Part shown: positions 27,540 through 41,984 of the stretch, piece after piece
Numbering within the stretch: position 1 is the first letter of the stretch
How the letters are laid out: each line of letters opens with the position of its first letter
NCBI GenBank assembly: GCA_951406725.2
Contig: OX597814.1
Location: 149,358,001-149,422,000, forward strand
Direction: 5' to 3'
DNA: 64,000 nt
DNA from: Octopus vulgaris
Taxonomy: Eukaryota
Translations under genes and position numbers: made by a program
The notes under the pieces: generated by a model
What the model saw: the letters and a program-made list of their open reading frames with translations, nothing else
The model's database searches: none
What the model was told of the DNA's origin: nothing

Positions 27540-27910
27540 AAGGCTGCAGGCATATGTGTTTAGCTTCACATCTACGCCGAGTTGTGTTCGATTCCACTAA
27601 GAGACACTTTGGATAAATTTGTTCTACCATTGCGCTGAGTTAACCAGCATCTAGTGGAAACAGTTTCGTTATGGAACAGTGTACAGCCCCTTCTCTGTGT
27701 ATGCACAGTAGGTTGAAGTATATCAGCTGGCAAAAATGCGTTGTACCTCTAACTCAAAGGGTCAGCTTTGTTTCATTCTGTGTCACGATGACTCTCCTTG
27801 AGAACTACGTTAGAGGTACGTGCTCAACCACTTTCACGTTAATTTCCCTAGCAGGCCAGTTGATCGGATCAACTGGAACACTCGTACCCGTAACCAAGGG
27901 AGTCCCAGTT
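27540..27910 (+). mobile_element. Degraded tRNA-SINE
   Basis: B-box-like gttcgattccact followed by a family-A-like body and a distinct tail. Confidence 0.55.
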
Positions 27911-27923
27911 GTTTCTATAGTAT

Positions 27924-28311
27924 CGCTACTGTATATAACTCACTTTGATATTTATCATTGTTTGATTTCACTTTTTCAATATCAGCGACAGTGGACGCTG
28001 GAAAAAGTATAAGTATTTGTGAAGAAATCTAATTCTCGCCGACAACTATGATTGTCACACGCTGACGAGAGGTCAATACCTCGAAGCTCGAGTCCGTGTG
28101 TATCATAAGTTGAAGACGGGAAGGATGACTTCCTTTGCAAATACTGATAGAGCACAGAAAGTGTGTCTATGGCCAGCTGGAGGAGTGTGTCCTCCTGGGG
28201 CTAAAAACTACAGTAGCATCCACCCTTAGGGGTTAGCCATATTGAAATGGCAAATATACGTCACGATGTGTTACCGCTACTGTATATAACTCACTTTGAT
28301 ATTTATCATTG

Positions 28312-28313
<2 letters not shown>
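27924..28313 (+). mobile_element. 351-bp HHR-containing unit with 39-bp perfect direct terminal repeats (retrozyme/pLTR-like)
   Basis: cgctactgtatataactcactttgatatttatcattgtt at 27924 and 28275; HHR lies between them. Confidence 0.75.
28056..28100 (+). ncRNA. Type-I hammerhead ribozyme motif (GAAA changed to GAAG)
   Basis: CACACG-CUGACGA-GAGG(ucaaua)CCUC-GAAG-CUCGAG-UC-CGUGUG. Confidence 0.85.
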
Positions 28314-28348
<35 letters not shown>

Positions 28349-28666
28349 TATTAAACAGATACATACAACGTTTGTTCATGTGTTATTATTTGTATGTGTG
28401 TCTGTGTGTCTGTGCGTGCACGTCTATGTGCAACAAATATCGGTAAGGAAACTGCAGCTTTCGAAGAAAGCTAATTATAATATTCATTCCATCCTATTTA
28501 CAAATGCCCACCTTCGTCACAACTGATGTCAGAAATGCTTTCAGTCGGTTATCGTCTCGTTTGCAAATATTTAACAAACAATGCAATTAACCACATAATG
28601 AATTATTAAGTAAAATATATAAATAAATTGAATATACTTATATTCTGCCTTTTTAATTACATTTTA

Positions 28667-29232
28667 TTGGGTTGTCCGGAAAGTTCGTGCCGATTTATAG
28701 TAGCTTACCTTTCGACTTATTTTAGAACATGGTTGAGTCCATAAAATAAGATTTAATTACACCTCCATTTAGAGCACAGTTTAAGCTATCTTTTCGTAGA
28801 AGAAGGTTTATGTTCCTATAACCTATGTTAATTCTGTAACCCTTTAAACTGGAAGATAAAAAAGTTCATGTTCGGCACTTGATGCTTTGAAAACCAGACA
28901 AAAATTGCTGCAGCTCAGCTGGGATGTGTTACCCAACCCTTCATATTCACCAGATATTGCTCCTTCGGATTTCCTCTTATTCAGGTCTCTGCAGAATAAT
29001 CTTAATGGTAAAAATTTCAATTCCTTAGATGAAGTAAAAAAATACCTTGATGGATTCTTTGCCATGAAACTACATCAATTCTGGGAAGAGGGTATTTTCA
29101 AGTTAAAGGAAAGATGGAGACACATTGTGCAACAAAATGGTTCATATTTGGTTGATTAAAAATGTAATGGCAACTATTTATTGATCATTTTCTTTCGTTT
29201 AAAAATCGGCACGAACTTTCCAGACAACCCAA
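28667..29232 (+). mobile_element. Internally deleted mariner
   Basis: TIRs ttgggttgtccggaaagttcgtgccgattt; TA on both sides; C-terminal WDVLPNPSYSPDIAPSDFLLF. Confidence 0.95.
28887..29159 (+). pseudogene. Mariner transposase C-terminal fragment
   Basis: YSPDIAPSD motif. Confidence 0.92.
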
Positions 29233-29379
29233 TACATAATTAACTGATTCCTGTCGTGTGTCTGATAGTTACAGATTAACAGCAAGATTGCACTGTGAGT
29301 GTTATTATCAGAACCTACTAAATCTCGTTGTTAATCTTGAATGTAATGAATACTATATATATTTTTGACGGAATACATG

Positions 29380-31400
29380 CTTGAAAAATTTATCTTTAAT
29401 GGCTTTTCTCCGCGTAGGAGTTCAGCGCCATTCGAGATTCTAAATATCCTGTTGCTAATAACGTTTGATGTTTAAGTAATGATGTCCTACATATTTACAA
29501 CTGTTTACTGATCTTAACTGAAGAAGTCGAAAATGTGAGCAATACAGGAATATTCACTGAAGTCTTTTTCGAATCATCAAGCAAAGTACACTTTTCGTTC
29601 CTTTGAAACATATTCTGTCAGAACTACATCCACTTCCAATAGATTTATTTATTACAATTTTATAGATATAAATAGTCTATATTGAAGAAGTTAACCTCGA
29701 AAACAAGATATTCATGTGCCTTTGACTGAGTAACGCGTTCGATTGTGTAGTACGATGATTCCAGAGGATCCAGTCTTGTAAATAACATTGCGGAACTCAG
29801 TTTGATTGGAGCTGTTTGAGAGCTGTAGATTTAATCCGTTTCTCTTGGATACTTTTAGTGGTATATTCAGTAGTACTCTCCCGAGAGCTTAACATCCCGA
29901 TTCATTTAAATCAATCTCACTAGTTCCGCGGATGTGATATATGGATCATAAAATAGGGAGTGATTAGTGTCAAAACTTCATATTTTAATTACGAAACAAG
30001 TCCAATATGATTCGGTATTAAGCAATATATAAGTAATTTGGGTTGGAGTATAATTGATTAAATGAATCAGTATTGAATGACACTTTCATTTATCGATCCA
30101 AAAAGAATGAAAATTGAAGTTGATCTCAGCTAAGTATGAGGTAAAAACAGAAAGAGTTGAAACTAAACATGGCAAGGCATAGCCACTGCCATTTGAATTG
30201 TAAATAATTATCTCTAATAGAAGCACAAGACTTGCAAATTTGAAGAAGTAGTAATAATCAATACCCTCAACTACAGTACTTGACTAGCACAGTAGCTTAC
30301 CTACTCTGGAAGAATGAAATATAAAGTTGATTTCTTTGGGTTCTGAACGCCGAAAATAAACACTAGTAAGAAATATTAGATGGCATTTTGTCTGATGAGC
30401 TAAGGATTCTACGATCTTAGTGCCCTTGCGTTGTCAATCATAGAAGTGTACTATTCGAGCTTCTTAAAGTTTGTCAATGGGACCTAGCATCTACAAGTTG
30501 ATGGGAATAATAAATTTGAGATAATAGTAGTGCTGTAATTGTATAAATGTTTTCATTGAATTATAAATGCTATTTTGATATTTTCTTGCGAGGTACGAAA
30601 GTTCAGGTAACTTGAGTCAATATACATAATTAATATGAAGAAATGTCGACATCGTCAATCTCTTCTAGAAACATCAGTGATAACGCAGAAGTCTGTGATT
30701 TTAATTGATTCAATGTATTACACAAATGCACACATACCTATCAAAACAGCTTAAAAACACAGAAATCCAAGTGAAATTCGATTGATATAGATATGAACAC
30801 AAACACTCGTCATTATTGCAGATCCAAAACACTATGTAACATTTTCTAAGAAACGGGCTATTATAGTCATCCAAACAAAACCTTTGAAAAGATTGAAGAT
30901 ATATACATACACGCTGAAATAAATTATTCATATAACATCTATGTATGTTTTTAATTCTTTTTATCAAAATAGAAATAATGCAGCTGATACCTTTCATTAT
31001 CCTGGTATTAAAAACAAAAATTGTTTTTTCGAAGATGAAGACTAATTATATTTAAATGAAAGCCTGAAGCGGGAAATTGCTTATATTATAGGCACGAATG
31101 TGACAGAAACAGATTCAAAGACACTTCCATTCGAGGAAGAGTTAGTGATAATAAGAGACTGGGGAATATTAATGGAACAATCCAATTAAATATTTCATAG
31201 TATGCAAATAAAATAGTCCATGGTACGCGTCTGAATATAAATCGCATTATGAACGTTTTGCAAATAAGATCATCACGAATTATATATTTGATTTAGAAAA
31301 CCTTCAAGTAGCAAACTGGAAATAGACAAGTTACTTCATTCAAAACTAAAACTCAAGTGCATTTATAATGTGTGCACATACTTATGCTAACAATGGTTTA
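29380..31400 (+). mobile_element. Very degraded CR1/L2-like RT remnants interrupted by SINE relics
   Basis: Faint traces of GIPQGSVL-, ADDAK- and RDLGI-like motifs in the expected order. Confidence 0.35.
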
Positions 31401-31912
31401 ATAAGTAACTTTCACTAGTCATGTTTCTTGCAATATATGCAAATGTTTGATTTTAATTCAAGTTATAAATGAAATCTTTAGAAGAAATAAAGATCTTTCT
31501 GAAATTCTCTATTAAATAGTTACAGTCAAATGTAGTAGAGATACCGATAACTGACTATTTCTTCTCTACAAATAGCACTGTAGCGCTCACAATAAAACGA
31601 CAACAGCAGTACCCAAGTATTTACTTGAAAACAAATGGCACATAATTATCAATTCTATATAATTTTAGTCGCAGATTTCACTTTACTGTTTTGTCTTCGT
31701 ACAGAGTATAAATGGTTCGTGTTTCGATCATTGTAATTTATATTAAAAGCTAGATTAATGAACAAAGGCAATTATATTGTATGTTATTGAGTATTCGTAT
31801 TTAACTAAACTAGTGATATGCACATTTAATCACAAAACATTATTTACAAATACCTTGAATGACACCAATGTTAATAACAACGAAACCTCCCCTCGTCCTC
31901 TTCCTCTTCCTT

Positions 31913-31958
<46 letters not shown>

Positions 31959-31980
31959 CACTGCTGCTGCTGCTGCCACT
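31913..31980. repeat. (CTA)n/(CTG)n microsatellite
   Basis: Seen directly. Confidence 0.95.
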
Positions 31981-32328
31981 GCGTCTGCCACTACTTCTGT
32001 TTCTACAACTATAATAATATCTATTATTAGGATGTCGTTTTTATCATCGGACAAACAATGGAAGGCGCTGTAAAGAGGTGTGACTGAAAGTGAAGATTTC
32101 AGTCGTATTATAGAAAACAATGAAGGAAAGTGAAATAATAGAAATGGTATAAAAATGTATGACTTGAACGCGTCTGTTAGAAAATAATGCAAAATGAAAA
32201 TCAAGCAATTTTTCTTTCTTTTCAACGATCCTTTGGTATGGATATGCGTTGCACGTCAGATAAGCATCTTACCACTCACTTTGATATTCCTTACATGATT
32301 TGCCAAATCTCTTTGTCGTCAAAAATAT

Positions 32329-32487
32329 ATTTCCTTACTACCCACAAGGGGCTAAACATAGAGGAGACAAACAAGGACAGACAAACGGATTAAGTCGATT
32401 ACATCGACCCAGTGCGAAACTGGTACTTTATTTATCGATCCCCGAGAGGATGAAAGGCAAAGTCGACCTCAGCGGAATTTGAACTCG
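32329..32487 (-). mobile_element. Family-B SINE (5' truncated)
   Basis: Tail and core match 40017-40248. Confidence 0.88.
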
Positions 32488-33905
32488 AGGTCGCCTTTGA
32501 CACGTCTTTGTTGCCTATGTCTTATTAGACCCTCGTCTTATTTTAAATATCTTGCTGATATCTTAATTCACATTATATCTGAAGTGTGTGATATCTGTGA
32601 AATGGAGCATTGTATTGATAACAGGAGGATACATCAAGTTAAAATATCCAGTAACCAGAGGGAATATCAAGCGTCGTAAAGAGCGTACACCAGCTTCCTT
32701 TGGCAAAAAAATAAAGTAAAATGTGCAATGGAAACCAGGAATATCGTTTTCCAGAATTACTTTGCAAGACCCGAAATACTTTATCTAGTGATAAGCTTTT
32801 CTCCGATTTTGTGTTGAAGTCAAAAACCAATTGTAGATCATTATATTACCATTTCTTGGATAGAATGCAAAACTTTGTATGCAAATCTCACATGGAAAAC
32901 TTAATGTTTGTTTCATATCTGCTGATATACTTTGTAGTAGACATACTTGGAAGTGATGACAAATTTTAGGTAAATAATTGGATGTTATTAACTAAATACT
33001 TGACTTAGAGACCCAACTTTTCATCATCAGTCTTTATTTATACGGAACCGTAGTTGATCAATTCAATTCTAAGTAGAAAATCTTTTCCGCTGTTTTAGAT
33101 GATTTCTACTTTGTAACCTGCCTTTCGATATATATGATGAAACGAACTGCTTGTGAGCCCTACACTTTCACAACATGAACTTGCGTTTGTTTACGAGGTG
33201 CAAGAATAATGAGGATGTTTTATCAACATGCTTTAGAAAAAATATTTATAATATTCTTGTTTGACGTGGAGCTACAGACAATATGTATGTTTATCATTAA
33301 TAATGTTCTAATTACTATTTAGAAATAAAAATTTAAACATAATTTGGTTTTATATCATAATAATGAGGTATATGTTTATCCAAATGAGAAATTTAATACG
33401 TTTCCACAATGAAAACACAAAAATTAATTCGTTTTGAAAATGAGATTAAAGAAAACTAGCAAGATCCATCCCCTAAAAATTCCCCAGGTTACATTGAACC
33501 ACAAAACCCAACAAACTACCAGAATCGTTAGAACGTCGGAAGAAATACATTCCGGTATTTGATTCAGTTCTTTTCGATCTGAGTTCAAACTTGCTTTCAT
33601 TCCAGTCTGGCGAATAAAATAGGGTATTGACTTACCCAGTCCCTACAAATTTGCGGGCTGTGCACCTCGAAAAAGAAACTCAAGAACAGCACGAAATTGC
33701 TGTTTCAAGAGTGTCAGGTGGTATGTTGTTATCAAGTTTCTCTTTTTCTCACAAATGCACAATTTATGAAGTAATATCTGTTTCTAACGTAGGGATAAGG
33801 ACTGAAATCTGGGGAGATAAAAGGGTTAGCCAATTAAATAGTCTCCACTATTTGACTAGTATATTATTTAATCGAATATATCATATCGGTATATTATTTA
33901 ATCGC

Positions 33906-34140
33906 TAAGGGCGGCGAGCTGGCAGAAACGTTAGCACACCGGGCGAAATGTTCAGCAATATTTCGTCTGTCGCTACGTTCTGAGTTCAAATTCCGCCGAG
34001 GTTGACTTTGCCTTTCATCCTTTCAGGGTCGATTAAGTAAGTACCAGTTACGCACTGGGGTCGATATAATCGACTTAATCCATCTGTCTGTCCTTGTTTG
34101 TCACCTCTGTGTTTAGCCCCTTGTGGGTAGTAAAGAAATA
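33906..34140 (+). mobile_element. Full family-B tRNA-SINE nested in an older SINE
   Basis: Head GAGCTGGCAGAAACGTTAGC, B box GAGTTCAAATTCC, core ctttcatcctttcagggtcgat (Nin/Deu-like); flanking ttatttaatcg duplication. Confidence 0.9.
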
Positions 34141-35349
34141 TATCTTATTTAATCGAATCGAGAAGTAGAGAAGGTAGCATTGTTTTCGGTAGGATTTGAA
34201 CTTATAACGTCAAAAGCCGAAAGAAACACGATTCTGGTAAACCACCAGACCTGAATGTACGAGTGATAATGTAGCCAATACAGAAGAATTGTATGATTAG
34301 CTTAAATATTGGAAATTGTCATTGAAATATATTACTCATCACCAGGATGGAGGATATCTCTGCAGTTTCATTTCCATTTCTATTCATTCCTTCATATAAT
34401 GACTCTCATTCAACAAAACACAAACGCGTGTGCGCGCACACGCACGTACACAGAAACGCATACCAACACTCACAATCACACGCATACACACAAATTCAAA
34501 TACAGATAAAAAAAGAGGCTTGTTTTGGGGTCAAGCGACGCGTTTTGCAACTGTGCAACTGAAGTTTCAAAATATGATAATCTGCAAACTGAGTCATTTT
34601 CTATTCTCTTCTGGTACAACAGGCTAGAATGAGAAAATGTTAAGGGAATAATTCCACTTTAGAATACAAGTAATATGTGTGTTTTGTTCCTCTTGTTGTT
34701 TTTGTTGTTGTTGTTGCTGGTGGTGGTAATGGAGGAGAAGGAGGAGGAAGAGGCAGAGGTGGTGGTGGTGGTGGTGGTGGCTAAAGTGCAATAACCACCC
34801 TATATTTTAGCAAAGAACAGTATATTCTTTCGTGTTTGAAAAAGTATGACAAGAGAAAGAGAGAAAGAGATTAAGAGAGAAAGAGAGTGAGAGAGAGAGA
34901 TAAAGAAAGAGACAGAAAAAGAGAGAGACTTGATTGCTAAAACTGGGAAGTTGATCGACTGTATACTGTTGCTGTCGTATCAGCCTATATGTTAAGAAAA
35001 AGGGGCTTACAATTTATATGAAAGTGCGTAAGACTTATAGTCATGCCTTTTGTAAAAGCATGAACCACGTGAAAGAAGTATGTTGGATTATTAGGTTAGT
35101 TGAGTTATTTTGCGCGCTTGGCTTAATCAAAGGAGGGGCGGAGCACTCCTGTCTCCTTTAAAGGGACTTAAGGGAGTATAATTTAAATATAAATTGGATA
35201 TTAATATAGAATGCTACCTCGTTGCATAAATTTATCCACAATATGCCCAATGTACTTCGATATAAAGGATCGTAGTTTCAATGGTTTTGACTTCATCTTC
35301 TGCCAATCCTGATTAGTTAATTATCAGCTTCTACTGGTTCAGGTCTTAA

Positions 35350-36600
35350 ATTTGTTCATGTCGCATCAGTATAGTATCCATGTATTACATAGTAAATGTA
35401 ATGTTCAAACAGTGACAGTTTTATACAGCTTCCTATAACTTGAGTTAAATTTGTTGCTTAAAACTTTTGTTTGTAAAGTTACAGAATCATGGCGTTCTAG
35501 AAGTAACAGGTCCAAAGATTTATTAGAGTTGCATGGCACCATGAAAAGATTTAGAAGTGAGAGAATATAGTCTCCGAGCAAATGAGTTTAATGAAAATGG
35601 TGATGGCTAAATCTGAAACGTCTAATCTTGGAAAATGTGTGAGAACTTTGGTTTTCTGCACGTTGATTATAAAACCAAAAATACTGTATGCTAAGCGACA
35701 GTTGTACGTCTTTATATGCGTATACCGACGAGACATTGCCATCTGAATTGTACAATACGGTGATGTGAGTGGTATTCTTCTGTTTTGCGAGCCGAGTGTA
35801 GACATTTTGAAAAGTTCTCTGTCTAAATATCGAACCGCCATTCTCAAACAGATGTTTTTGATAGTTTGTGGAGTAGGTTTTCCTGGAAGGGGAAGAACAG
35901 TGTTGAGGCCCGTGCACACGCTCAGTCTGTCAGTTGCTGAGATGAGATATATGTCCAAGCATTGTCATTATATTTCTCTGATGAATATCACGAACTGACC
36001 AAAGTAACCAAAGCGCTTAGCACTCACACGGCTGATGTACTCACAATTTCAAAGGTCATTTCCAGGTTGTAGAAAAAAAAATGTTTATTTCCCTTTGTTA
36101 TAACTCATCAAGCTGTGCAACACAGAACATTATATCGTTTATTCTTCTAGAGGTTTGAAATTCTCACAGTAGTTCGGACAATACCGTCTCAAAGATATCT
36201 TGTACGATGTTGAACATTGCGTTATCAAACGCTATTCCTACTATAGAAGGCGTGGATATATTATAGAAGTAGACACTTATGCAGCATTCCCCTTAATTAA
36301 TAATGGTTAAAATATTGGTATTTCAAATCCATAAAACTGTTCTGAACGCTTTCGAATTACGTGAGAGAAAATCCCCGTCTTTAAACGGAAAAATCATTTA
36401 TGAATGATTTCCGCGGATACGTTGTGACATCCAAGTTTTTTATAAAGCTGTGTTCTATTGAAGGCTTCAAAGATATTAAAATGTATGGAGCACGGTCAAT
36501 CATGCCTCGAAGAAATTCTTCAGCGGTAATGAAAAACATTTTTTCATCACGAACAGCTGGGTTTGCTTTCAAACAATGTTTATCCAGGAATGAATTATTT
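35350..36600 (-). mobile_element. Degraded RTE-type RT remnant
   Basis: FGFIINVQKTKVL (cf. FGLTIN.KKT.VL); upstream FNIFEAFNRT (cf. FIDLTKAFDSV). Confidence 0.5.
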
Positions 36601-36858
36601 CAACTCTTCAAGGTCTTTCATATTGAGAAATACTACGACAGATGTATTTATTTAACCTATGTGTATGTCATTGTTCAGTTTTATTTGAAGATTTCTTGCC
36701 AATAGAGAAAGATTGGTATGTATGTATGGGTGAATGGATTGATGTAAGCATATATGTTTGTATGTATGCATGAATGTATGTATGTCTGTATGTATGTCTG
36801 CATCTATCTATCCATCCATCTATCTATTTACCCATCTGTGCATCTATTTACCAATCTA

Positions 36859-36859
<1 letters not shown>

Positions 36860-36934
<75 letters not shown>

Positions 36935-36939
36935 ATATA

Positions 36940-36986
<47 letters not shown>

Positions 36987-37282
36987 AGTGTGTGTGTTGT
37001 GTATGTATGTATGTATTATATATATAGGGAGAGAGAGAAAGAGGGAGAGAGAAAAGGAGAGATGTACTTACACACATGAAACTAAACACACACTCATATG
37101 CGTGTGTGAGTGTGTGTTGTTTGTAGGTATGTCCAAAATGTACCAAACAGTACTCAGTGCCAAGAGGTGAGAATTGTTTATGATTATTGGAACGTTGAAT
37201 CCAGTCTCATGGTGCGGAACGTGAAATTCGAATAACTACATATAAGCTGTTAGCTTGAATAACCATTAATTACGTATGTGAG

Positions 37283-37379
<97 letters not shown>

Positions 37380-37672
37380 ATGTATATATAAATGTATATG
37401 TATATATGTATGCATGCACTAATAGAAATACACTCACACACACACATATACAGAATAAGATAGGGAGATGAGTGCATATAATTTTTTTTATAATTATAAT
37501 GCACTCATTCACTGGAGACGGACGGCAATACAAAACACGTTGATCATTTTGCCAAAAAGCTAACTTCCGATTCTTATAGGATGTAGACGGTGCTGTCGTT
37601 GTTTTAGAATTTAGATAAATTGATATATATATAATCTGATACCACATATATTCTTTTTCTTTCTCTCTTTCC

Positions 37673-37764
<92 letters not shown>

Positions 37765-37800
37765 ACATATATATATATATATGCATATATATACATACAT

Positions 37801-37867
<67 letters not shown>

Positions 37868-37868
37868 A
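36860..37868. repeat. Cluster of (TA)n/(CA)n/(TG)n microsatellites
   Basis: Seen directly. Confidence 0.9.
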
Positions 37869-38836
37869 AGCAATTTATGTATTTTCGAGGTACAGCCTAC
37901 TGTGTCATCAAACCACTGATAGCTACAGACCTATGTCAACAAAAGCACACAAGTTTAGAGAAATACAACGTAAAATGACCACTAGTGAGAAGTACATACC
38001 AAATATAAATTGTTTATACATACAGAAACACATGCAAATAGATATGCGCGCGTGTGTGTGCGAGCGTGTGTGTATGTGTGTGCGTGTGTGTGTTTGTTTG
38101 TACGTGTGTTGTGTGTACAGAAACAAATTTAGAGGTTTTGTTAATGCGCGTTGTCTACTCGGTTTCGATTCTTAAGCTGGGCATCAATACTGTACTTAGT
38201 CTGAGTACTCTATCCCTCATCTGATGTGTATAACACTGGAATGTGGCGGAGTTCGCTCTCTTTTCGGTTTTACCATCCTGGATTTCTTACTGGGTGTGGT
38301 TTTTATAAACTATCTACTGGTATGAATGAAAGCATTGCTAATAAACGATTACATAACCTGCGACATACAATCTCGTACGCGCACATGCACACATACACTC
38401 ATACAGGCACATACACACACACACACGAACACAAACATACACAAAATAGCTCAAAAGACTAGTGTGCAACAAAATTTCCATTGCTGGACCAACTGAATTT
38501 GAATTAGAAAAATATATTAGCAGATGAGTACAAATATCTAAGGTACAATCTAAATTAACGAGATACAACGCAAAAAGGCTGAGCGTTGCTTATACGGATG
38601 TCATTCAGAGAGAAATGGAAAGAGATTATATCAACAGAGAAGGAGATAAGCATTTCATTTAATGACAGCAAAGGATTAAAACCAATATAAAATAGACGGG
38701 AATTTAATTCAGAAGACATCGAGCCAGAATAAAGCACTGCAAATATACTGTCTAGTAGGCTCACTCTACATTACATTCACTTTTTTCTTGGCGGTGTGAG
38801 AACATTTATACCAAATTACATGTGGCTTCAGACTCA

Positions 38837-38900
<64 letters not shown>

Positions 38901-39479
38901 GGATCTTTTCACAATGTTACTAACGTTCATTCTTTCACTTGGTACTGTAAAACACGCACATAGATAACAAAAAGAGTAAGGGGAATTCAAATATTTCAAA
39001 TATGGAGCTACGGGCATGGCTAATATGGGCCAGCTCATAGAAAAAAGCTACACGTGATACAAAAGAACTGTTGCCAATATAGATATAGATATATACATAC
39101 ATATATGTTATATGTGTGTGTGTGCGTGCATGTGTGTGTATATGAATTCACAAATTTCATTTCAAATATAATGGTGGTATCGTTGGAGAGCCATAGTCAA
39201 ATACGACATTTCTTGAGCATTCTAAACTTGCCACTCTCCGTGATCAACCACTCCTGATTTCTTTGACATTGCGGGTGAGAGAAAGAGAGAGAAGGTTGAG
39301 AGAAAGACAGAGAGAGAGAGAGAAACAAGAGAGCAAAAATGAAATCAGTAGCGGAAGTAATCACATTAGAGATTTGGTTCATCTTCAACACCAAAATAGA
39401 TGAGCGAAATTGAGCCCCGCGGTATTTCAAATGGAGAGTAATGCAAATCTTTGTGTCCAACGCTCACACAAATGCACGG

Positions 39480-39507
39480 TCACACACATACACACACACA
39501 GACTCAT

Positions 39508-39557
<50 letters not shown>

Positions 39558-39639
39558 ACACACACACACGCACACACTCATACACTTACTCTTAATCCCT
39601 GTCACATACACACAAGGACTCTTTCTCTCTCTGTCTCTA

Positions 39640-39671
<32 letters not shown>

Positions 39672-39675
39672 GCAG
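39480..39675. repeat. (CA)n/(CT)n microsatellite
   Basis: Seen directly. Confidence 0.95.
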
Positions 39676-40016
39676 AAACATAATAATATTAGCCCTCATT
39701 CACAAGCGATTATTATTTTCTACACAAATTATTTTTTGGTATAATGCAATCATGGTCTGCCATCAACACACTTTTTTCTTCCTTCTCTCTTCAGATAATA
39801 AACTATCCAATATGAAATGATAGGGGAAATGGGGAACACTGCATTCAGAAAATAATCATGTTCATCAGAATCAACTGGAAAAAACGTGAAATGAAATGGG
39901 TTCACCAAACTCCAGATCGCTGCCCGATCAAGTAATCAAACTCATGACATTACTGGTTGTGAGTTCAAAACCATAATCAATATGTCACACTCGTAGACTA
40001 TACACTCTCCTACACG

Positions 40017-40248
40017 AGGCGGTGAGCTGGCAGAAACGTTAGCGTGCCGGGCGAAATGCTTAGCGGTATTTCGTCTGTCGTTACGTTCTGAGTTCAAATT
40101 CCGCCGGGGTCGACTTTGTCTTTCATCCTTTCGGGGTGGATAAATAAAGTACCAGTTACGCACTGGGGTCGATGTAATCGACTTAATCCCTTTGTCTGTC
40201 CTTGTTTGTCCCCTCTATGTTTAGTCCATTGTGGGTAGTAAAGAAAGA
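40017..40248 (+). mobile_element. Young family-B tRNA-SINE with perfect 18-bp TSD
   Basis: TSD TATACACTCTCCTACACG at 39999 and 40249. Confidence 0.95.
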
Positions 40249-40272
40249 TATACACTCTCCTACACGTGTAAT

Positions 40273-40307
<35 letters not shown>

Positions 40308-41878
40308 ATATGGTGTTAGTGTGTGCTTAAATGCGACTCTGTGTTGTCTATTTGTTCATGTTTTCATAAAAAAGTCATTGGAATGTGTTTGAAGCGGGTA
40401 TAGTTCTCATATATTTTATCTATGTTTCTAGACTTACATAGTCATATCTTTAGGATGGATTGATTTTTGTATTTGTTGCTATCGCTTTATATATGCACAG
40501 TGATCCTTTTAACTGAAGTACACATTAGACCCGGAATTAAATTATATTTACCGTTTCATTAGTACACAGGTCAGGTATTTATTCCTGTTTGTGAGAAGCG
40601 TATCTTGCCAGTATGTTTATTCCAGCCTCTTCCTATAGTTCAGAATTGCTTCCATTATTCCTCATCTATTTTGCGGAACTATTCTCTACAGCATACATTT
40701 GTTACTGCCTAATCAATTTTTGCTTCGTATTTTGGTACAGATCTTTGGAATTGTCCTTTATTGTAAATTCACATTGAGCTGTCGAGAGACAGTTGTACTT
40801 GCATAGGTAAAATAACGCATTGTGCCATGAAGTTTTCAACTTTCACTTTTTCAATTACATCCGTAAATCCCATTAATCAGTATTTGCCTATTGGTACGTT
40901 TACATGCTTATCGGTTGCTATTGATCAGAACGGTTTTTAATTTTAGTATCTTTGTAGAATATCATTGGTGCTAGTTTATGTTTTGGAGTAATGCAGTTTG
41001 CGTTCAGCTTTATGAGATTTTTGGTAATGTGTTCATCTATTCCTGCAGTTAAATTGCATTTCATTTATGCTAGACTTATATGTGGTTTGTATAAATTTTT
41101 ATAGGTGTGCCGTCTGATGCATATGTTCTGTTGTATTTGCGTCTCTATCTTCTAAGGCTTGATCTAATAATTGTTAGAACAGTCAGACAGATAACATACA
41201 CTAATCAGAAGCCTAAATAAATACACGACTGATGACGTAAAACTCTAACAGTCAACAATTCAGTACTAAGTCTGATACTTATATATTATTAATACCTTTT
41301 ATCTCTTTTATCAAAGTGTCTCTGGTGTAAAAGGACTTAATGCAGCACACTAGTTTTACATCGACAGATCATGCATGTACAAACACTACACGCACAAATA
41401 CACGCACGCACACAAAATCGAACAAACACATACACATATACATATGTATATACAATGTAAATACAATTTCCTGATATTATGCACACACAAGCGCACGTAC
41501 ACACACACACACACACGCACATACACATGCATACACACATACACATTCATACACACAAACACACACACATACATATGAATACGTGTGCGCACGTGTGTGA
41601 ATAATGTCAGTAGACTGTATTTACGAAATAATTCTTCGATAGATATAAAGAACTCGATAATTTTGTTACAGTAAATTTAGTATTCATACTAATTCAGTCT
41701 AGGTTATATCTCGTTTTCCATGGTTTCCTGCTCGGAAATGAAGATGAAAGAATGGTAATAGACGTATATGCCGTTTTTCGGGGAGTTTTTGCTCTTACAG
41801 TAGCACCCATCTAACCTATCAATCATCGACGAAGTCATGTGGCTTTTTTAACGAATGAGTTCGTGGATTGCGGTAGAT

Positions 41879-41926
41879 GGGTGGTGATGAAAGAGTAAAT
41901 ACCCACGAAATATGGCATGTACGCCC
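41879..41926 (+). ncRNA. Degenerate hammerhead motif, copy 1
   Basis: GGGUG-GUGAUGA-...-GAAA-UAUGGCAUG-UA-CGCCC. Confidence 0.6.
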
Positions 41927-41984
41927 GTTAACCATTTTTCCATCATCGATCTCATTTTCTGTTTATATCTGACGTCCCGGAAGC

